Origin: the human T2T-CHM13v2.0 reference genome, Homo sapiens
Reading direction: 5' to 3' (one strand)
Length of the DNA: 64,000 nucleotides
Assembly (NCBI RefSeq): GCF_009914755.1
Contig: NC_060926.1
Below the pieces are notes generated by a model, which ran no database searches, was not told the DNA's origin, and worked only from the letters and a program-made list of their open reading frames with translations. This document shows, in pieces, positions 57,171 to 64,000 of this stretch. Numbering within the stretch: position 1 is the stretch's first letter; every line of letters begins with the position of its first letter. The translations under genes were made by a program, and so were the position numbers.

Positions 57171-58949
57171 GAGGACACCAGAGTCTGGCCCATAGAAGGT
57201 GCTCAACAAAGCTCAGCACATTGCACTCCTCCCTGGAGTAGGAAAGGGCTCGTCTGCTTTGGGAAATTTGGCTCTCAAGCTTCTGGAAACACCTGACCCC
57301 ATGCCAGGTGAGACAAGCTCACACTCAAGGCCCCCTTAGTCCAACGGTCAGTGGACAGAACAAGCACCAAAGGTCAACGGCGTGGGTGGTGGCCTCTCTG
57401 CCAAAGTGTGTGGGCCCAAGTAGGGTATTCACCTCCCTCCCTGTCTGTGAGAAATTTCAGACCCCTCTACTTTTTCCAGCAGGAGTTCATGTTCCTTTTA
57501 AGATAATCCTCTATAGACCTCTGGCAGCCCAGCCTTCAAAATGTCTCCCCCTGTCTCTCTTACTCATGGAGAGCCCCGCTTCCCCGCCTCAAAAAAAAGT
57601 CTTCCTCTCTCTTACTCATGCATGGAGAGCCCCACAAAAAGACACTGGTTCCCAGGGATTCTTCCAAAGATGCTGGAAGACCTCTCAGTGTTTGCATTTC
57701 CCAAGCTCGGTTTCCTTGTGCTGTCCTTGGGCATTAAAGGAAGGCTATTCAGCCATCCCCATCAGCAGGAGCAGGCATCAAAAGAACAGCTACTGCAGGG
57801 GGAGCATATTAGGGGCACCAGAGGGGGCTAGGAACTGGGTCTTGTCTTCTCAAAGTTTACAACCCACTGCAGGGGCCACTCACCAGCCCTGGCACCCTAA
57901 GGGCAGGAACCTCCATTGGGCACGTGTGTCTCCAGCACTGGGAGCACTGTCTGGCACCTGGGGCACTGTGAGTGTTGAATGGATAAAGGACCTGTAAGAA
58001 TTGCCATAAGAGGTGTTGCCCTGGGGCAAGGTGGGACAGGAAAGTTCTTGCAAGAGAAGAGAGGCTCTGGCCTTGGGCCCTGGCTGAGCAGAGAGCTGGG
58101 AGGTGGGTATTCGGGTAGGAGGAAAGCTGTGGAGGGGGAAAGCAAACTGCCTGCGGGGGTGGGGGGGTTCTCGGCGGGAGTTGGGGGTGGAGGGAAAGGC
58201 GCTTTACAGCAGCACTCCCTCCACAGGGAGACCAGAGCTCTGCCTCTTCCTCCCCACCGTGCCCTTTGGGGTCCAGTTGTGGGGCCTTCCTTGAGGCCCA
58301 GCTCCTGCCTCTGGCCTCCGGAGGCTTATCTCCCCAACAGAGGCTGGCTCCCCAGAAAACAGGATTCTTAGACTTCCTAAAAATAACCTGAAGCTCCTTA
58401 TCAGAGGCTAATAGTGTATGTCTCCCAGGAATACTCTAGAAAGAGTACCAGGGGTCAGGAACCCCCACTCAGCCTCCACGAATCTGAGCGGAAAAGCCCG
58501 GGTCTCCTCACCTGTAAAGAAAATAACTGCAGCCGGCAAATGTGACCACAGGTGAGAAGGGGCTTCGGACCAGGGCGCACACCTCTAGAGAGGTGCCCAC
58601 AGACAGCCTCCCCTTACTTACGCCCTGCTTCGCTGCAGTGCTGTGAAGCCATCGGCATTGGAAGTGCGGAGGGCAGCGGGCAGTGCCCCAGGGGGAAGGG
58701 GGGACGGGTAGGGTTTCAGAGCCCAGAAGGCCTAGACAGGGAGGCAGCTCCGGGAGAAAGGTACCCGCCATCCCACCGGTCTTGGAACCTGAGGACTGCT
58801 GGGAAGGGTCAAAAGTCTGCCCTAAGGGTGGACAAGGGACAGAGATTGGGGGGGACCACAAAGGCCTGGGCGCAACCTTGTTGAGAGGGAAGGGATCCGG
58901 ACCCAATCTGGAGCCCTGGTCTCTTCCCACCTGCAACCGTGGCTGCCAC

Positions 58950-59780
58950 TTGGCCTCGGTTATAAAATGGACAAGGATTCGAGGTGCTCCTCAGGTTAAG
59001 AGAGGGGGGCCTAGAGGTCACCCTGGCCTCGGTGCCCTCCGTGGCCGGGTTAAGAGGAGGTCCCGGAGTTCTGCTCACTTCAGCCGTGTGCCGGGCACTG
59101 CAAATCAGGAAGTGTTGGCGCCGGCTGGCGACCTCCCGCCTGGGGCCAGGGGAGGAGGGTGGTTGGACGCTGCCACCGCTGCCGGGGCTGTGCAGGGCTG
59201 GGCGGGGAGCGAGGACCCGGCGGCTCCTGATTGCGGCCCCGGGGGAGGTGGCCGAGCCGGATAAGCTGCGGCGGGCTGGAGGGCGGCCACCTCCCCTGCA
59301 GGTCCGGCCCTCCCGGGCGGGTGGGGCGCGGGGGAGGAGGAGCCTCGGGCCGAGCCACCGCCTTCGCCGCGGACCTTCAGCTGCCGCGGTCGCTCCGAGC
59401 GGCGGGCCGCAGAGGTGAGTGTACCCTCCCCCGGTCTCCGCGGGGCTGCGTGCTGCGCCCGGTCCCCGAGACGCCCGCCCGGTTGCACCCTGCGCCGTCG
59501 CTGCGCGGACCTCGGGTGCCGCCACACGTCTGGAGGCGACTTCTGTCCCCTGGGACCGAGCCACGTGCGCCCGGCGGCAGAGAAACCGGGTTCCGGGGCC
59601 CCCACCCCGTGTGCCTTCCTTCCCTAGGCGTGGAAGCCGCTTGCGCCGCGCAGGTTAGGCAGGGCCGGCGGCGACAGTGGCGGGGAGCAGGCTCCGGAGC
59701 CCCGGGTGCAGATGTGGGCGCCCCTCCGGATGACCCCGGCTGAGTCCACAGGTCCCGTGTGCCCCACGGCTGGGGCTCTG
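58950..59780 (+). promoter_or_regulatory. STEAP3: CpG-island promoter of STEAP3
   Basis: Sharp rise in GC and CpG density; GC boxes (gggcgg), an ETS site caggaagtg (59106), gataag (59260) and a G-run cluster at 59315-59337 directly upstream of exon 1. Confidence 0.8.
59340..59414 (+). other. STEAP3: Non-coding exon 1 (5' UTR) of STEAP3 (TSAP6, endosomal ferrireductase); start approximate
   Basis: agccaccgccttcgccgcggaccttcagctgccgcggtcgctccgagcggcgggccgcagag is recalled as the STEAP3 mRNA 5' end and is followed by the consensus donor GTGAGT (59415-59420). Identification is from memory, not a database search. Confidence 0.78.
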
Positions 59781-62700
59781 GCCAGCGGTCCCAAAGGAGG
59801 GCTGGTAGCTGTGGGCGGGGATCTTCCAGGCTCTTCCTCGCCAGACCTCCCAGTCCCTTCGCAGCCGAACAGGGCAGGGACAGGGGCAGGTGCAGGGGCT
59901 GGGCAGGGGCGCCCGACCTTGGTCCCCAGGAGGAGGCTGGCCTCACCAGTGCCCGCCTCTGCCCGCGGAGCCCTTGCCTGGCAAAGTTCCCCCTCCTGCC
60001 CGGCAAAGCTCCCCCTCCTGCCCACTTCCCCGAAATTTGGGGACAGGCTGCCCGGAGAGGTGTGGTTGGAACTTTGGTCACTCTGGGTAAATGAAGGGGA
60101 GGGTGTGCCCAGATAATATGCGGTTTGGGGACCAGAAAGCCGGATCCGTGGGGAGAAGCAGGAAGGTCCCGCTGGAGCCCTGGCAGAGGGCACAGAGAGG
60201 CCTCCCAAATATCCAGGGCCACCTCAGAGATGGGCTCCAGAAGTGGGGATTCTGGAAATGCCCCCAGGGAGGTATTTCTGTCCATCAGAGTGCAGCCATA
60301 ATATAATTAACAGCAGATATTCCCATTTATGTGTGCCAGGCATCTTGCTAAGGGCTTTGAGCACAATATCCCAGTTAATCCTCACAACAGGAAGGCACCA
60401 TTATCTCTTGTTAAAAATGGGGAAACAGCCTCAGAGAGTCCACGTATTTTGCAAGGATACACAGCTAGGAAGTTGCAGAAGTAGAATTTGAACCCAGAGT
60501 TATCTGACTTGGAGCCCAGAGGAACCTACCACTGGGGCGAAACAGGCTGTGTCCTCACGGGGATTCTGGCAGCCCCAAGAATACAGTGCTGAGAGCCAGA
60601 AGGTCCACAAAACCAAAGGGTCTCACCTGGGTGTGTCCTCTCAGTCACCTGCAAGGCTTGTTAAAAATATAGATCCCCAAGTCCCATCCGAAGCTGACTG
60701 AATCAGCTAGGGGCACCTGGAGGACCCAGACTATGTCTTACTCATCTCTGTCCCTGGTGGCCTGCAGAGGGGCTGGCAAGGAGCAGGTGCTTAGTCAATG
60801 TCTAATGGGTAAGTGGGCGGGGTGGGGTAGATGGTGTCACTAGTGTCCTGAAGGGGGCTTAAATGGAGCAGGTGGCCTCAGCCAGGCAATCCGGCAGCAG
60901 GTATGGAAGTGACACAGTCTAATGCTGGCCTCAGAGCCAGCAGGGAGCTCAGGCTGGGCCACTTGTCCACGTGGGGGTTGAACAGCCTGCCCCAGGTTTG
61001 CTGAGGTCCCCAGGACCAGGCCAGGTCAAGCTGGGATCACACATGTTCCCTCTCCAGCCTAGAGATGTCAAACAGGTAGATTCCTCTCCCATTCATATCT
61101 CCTATCCTTGGCCCACAGCCCTTCCCTTCTTGGACTTATCAGAGACCAAGGTGCTGGGCAGGGCTTCAGGTGGTTAAAAAGTGAAAGTTCTTGAGTGAAG
61201 TCCAAAGGCGCACACCTGAGAGCTGAGTGGGCAAAAGGTCGCTGGCTGAGTGCTGGGGATAGTCTGGCTTTGGAGTCAGATGGACGAGTCCAAATCTCAG
61301 CTCCTTACCCCGTAACATGAAGCCCTCAGCTCTCTGAACCTCTGTTTATTTGCAAAACCTTGCCAAGGGCTTCAAACAGGATATCCTCATAAAACAAGTA
61401 TGCCTATTTGGGGGACTAAGTGTGTGAAGTGCTGAGTTTTAGGAGTGCAGTAAATATCGGATCCCTCCTTCTTCACCTCAGGTTTGCGAGTTAACCAGTG
61501 AGGGGCCTTCCAGGCCTAGTGCTCTTGTAGACCGAACCACTAGCTTTCCTAGAGAAGGTAACTGAGGCCTAGAGAGTGGCCTCCAGGTTCCGTGCTCTGT
61601 GGCAGAGCTGGCCTTGGCTCCAAGTCCCAGGGTTCCCAGCTCAGTCTCAGCTGATGCCTCCCAGCCTGGCGGTCTACGCTGCCTGCTACATTCCCTGTCC
61701 AGCTACAAATGAACAACTGAGAGGGCTGGGGTGAGATTCAGGCAGGCTGGGGCAAGGGAAGGAAGCAGGTCATTTGGGGAGTCGGGCTCTCTGGTCTTCC
61801 AGCTGAGGCTGGATCCACTCTTTCCTGTCCACCCACGGTGCGTAGTGGCCAGGTCTTCCTGAGCTGAGCAGGTTGAGCACTATGAAACTGCTTTCTAGCA
61901 TCTAGACCAGGGAGTTGCCTCTTGATTTAAAATGAGGATGTTTACCAGTTTAAGTAGTTATTAAAACCTAAGGCCAAGTTGGTGCCTTTCCTCCCTCTAG
62001 GAGTTGGAAGGGTGTGTGCTTTTTTCCGCTCCTACCCCACCCCTGCCAAACCATCCCAATTTGAGAGGCTGTGGAGATTACAGAACTTGGAGAGGAGAGG
62101 GGCAGGGATCGGGGTTGGAGACTAGATGGTTTTCAAACATTGGGCTACAGAAGTCCCTCTTCCTCCCATCTGTCTCCTGCAGCTGGGTCCACCCACCTGT
62201 CCAACACAGCCTCCCACAGGTCCCGGGCCTCTTTGTGCTCCAACCGTCACATCCTTGGCATGCCACACACCCTCACCATCCTGCCTGAAATGCCAGTCCT
62301 CATCACTGACATTCAGCCTCCCATGTGCCAGCATCCGGGCCAAACACTTTATCTACAGGAGCTCATTTGTACCTGGAGACTCTTAGGAGGTCGATAATGT
62401 TATTCTCCCAACCATGTGACTTTCCAACTCCATATGGACCCCAACCTCTTTTTTTCCACCCCTAACCTGAGACTCCTAGCCACTAACTAACTGCCACATT
62501 CTCCTGTCCAAATTCTGCCTCATCGGTTATTCATTCAACAAACACTTACTGAGCACTAACTTTGAGCCAGGCACTCTAAGACCAGCTGAGTCCCACTTCT
62601 GGCAGGATGAGTGTTGTTGTCATCAACCACCCCACAAACACCCGTGCCCTCTGCGTACTTGCGAATCTGAGTGAGGAGACACGGTGGCAGTAAGGCTCAG

Positions 62701-63339
62701 GACCTATAGCTCATGTGAGTGAGCAAGGATGCAAAACCAAAGACACCCGCTCCCCTCACCCACTGAGCTGGAGGGATCAACCACTGTGCCTGCCATCAGG
62801 GCTGATGGGCGACTGCTTGTGGATCACAAACTCTTGCGTTGTCACTTCAACCCAGGGGCAGAGTGTGTTCCTCTTCAGGTGTGGCCTGGTCTCGTGAGCC
62901 CTGCACTGAATGGGCCAGGCGTTCATTGCTTCAGCACCGTAAGAACACTGTCACCGGAGAATTGTTCGATACTCAACTCTTCCCAGTCAGTCTGTCTTCT
63001 GCATGCCCACAGTTACCGGGCAGCGTGGGCAACAAGTGAGCACTGATTGTTCCGCAATCAGGCTGTGACTTACTCCATCTCTGCCTTCTGCTTAATGAGA
63101 GCCAGGTGGGAGTTCAGCAAAGATCACATGTTTAAGCCTTGTTATTAAACACGTTAAAAAAATACTGCCCCAAGATTATAAAGCCGACTTCGGTACATAT
63201 AAAGAGATTTGGGGTCGGTGAATGGGCCCACTAAGCTTTATTTTGTGGTGTCAGCTGTCTTGGTTCATGTGTAGACAGCAGGGCTCCCAAAGCCAGCATG
63301 CTGGGGTCTGTGAGGGAACAAGCTTCCCATTTCTTGTAT

Positions 63340-63370
<31 letters not shown>

Positions 63371-64000
63371 TTTTTTGGAGACAGAATCTCGCTCTGTCAC
63401 CTAGGTTGGAGTGCAGTGGTGCCATCTTGGCTCACTGCAACCTCTGCCTCCCGATTTCAAGCAATTCTCCTGCTTCAGCCTCCTGAGCAGCTGGGATTAC
63501 AGGTGTGCTCCACCACACCCAGCTAATTTTTGTATTATTAGTAGAGATGGGGTTTTGCCATGTTGGCCAGGCTGGTTTTGAACTCCTGACCTCAGGTGAT
63601 CCACCTGCCTCGGCCTCCCAAAGTGCTGGGATTACAGGTGTGAGTCACCACAGCCGGCTGCTTCCCATTTCTATAAGCATCCGACTGGTGGGGTGGCCAG
63701 TAGGCTGTGGGGAGTGGTGCGTGATTTTCCTGGTGGGCTTGAGAGAGTAACAGTATACCCCCAGTCAGGGCAAGTGTCTCTCTGAAGGTGAACTCTGGGT
63801 GCACAGCTAGAGGATACAGTGGCTGTGAGCTGGGCCCTCCAGGTGAGGTCTGGCCTGCCCATTGCCACAGTGGGCTTGCTGGCATCCAGGGGGGCTTTCT
63901 GGGTGACTGCCCAGGCCTGCACATGAGTCAGTAGCAAGCTGAATGCAGTGGAGTTTGAGGGGACCCACCACTGTCCATCAAATCGCCCCAACCTGGGTGA
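59415..64000 (+). other. STEAP3: Start of STEAP3 intron 1 (contains MIR, MER5, L2 and Alu fragments)
   Basis: Follows the splice donor; no STEAP-like coding sequence appears in the window. Confidence 0.7.
63337..63658 (-). mobile_element. AluS (antisense to STEAP3) with a (TTTA)n tail
   Basis: Full antisense dimer; TSD gcttcccatttct. Confidence 0.95.

Noticed and set aside
58508-60285. Overlapping 140-300 aa ORFs on both strands
   Set aside because: Expected in a stop-poor CpG island; no recognisable domain and no STEAP-like sequence.

Overview
Human (primate) genomic DNA, mostly intergenic and rich in repeats. There is no supportable protein-coding sequence; the ORF track is explained by Alu elements, simple repeats and GC-rich chance ORFs. 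The CpG island at ~59.0-59.8 kb contains a short non-coding first exon with a canonical GTGAGT donor, which I recognise from memory as the STEAP3 (TSAP6) 5' UTR on chr2q14.2. The window is therefore probably ~59 kb upstream of STEAP3 (the C1QL2-STEAP3 interval) plus the start of intron 1. It also contains a 7SL (SRP RNA) retropseudogene with intact TSDs, ~25 Alus, MIR/L2/L1 fragments, several solo LTRs (MLT2, MST, MLT1, MER21, MER57, MER31/67-like) and DNA transposons (Charlie, Tigger2, MER5). I found no new gene system. The most unusual signals are: (i) two short local segments copied 2.6-2.9 kb away, one inverted into an Alu and one direct into a TA tract, both ~89% identical, plus several smaller repair- or slippage-type scars; (ii) a dense FOX/ONECUT/HNF1/HNF4-like motif cluster lying inside the inverted duplication; (iii) divergent CTCF-like motifs that could separate the two flanking genes. 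Repeat subfamily names come from remembered consensus sequences and boundaries are approximate.
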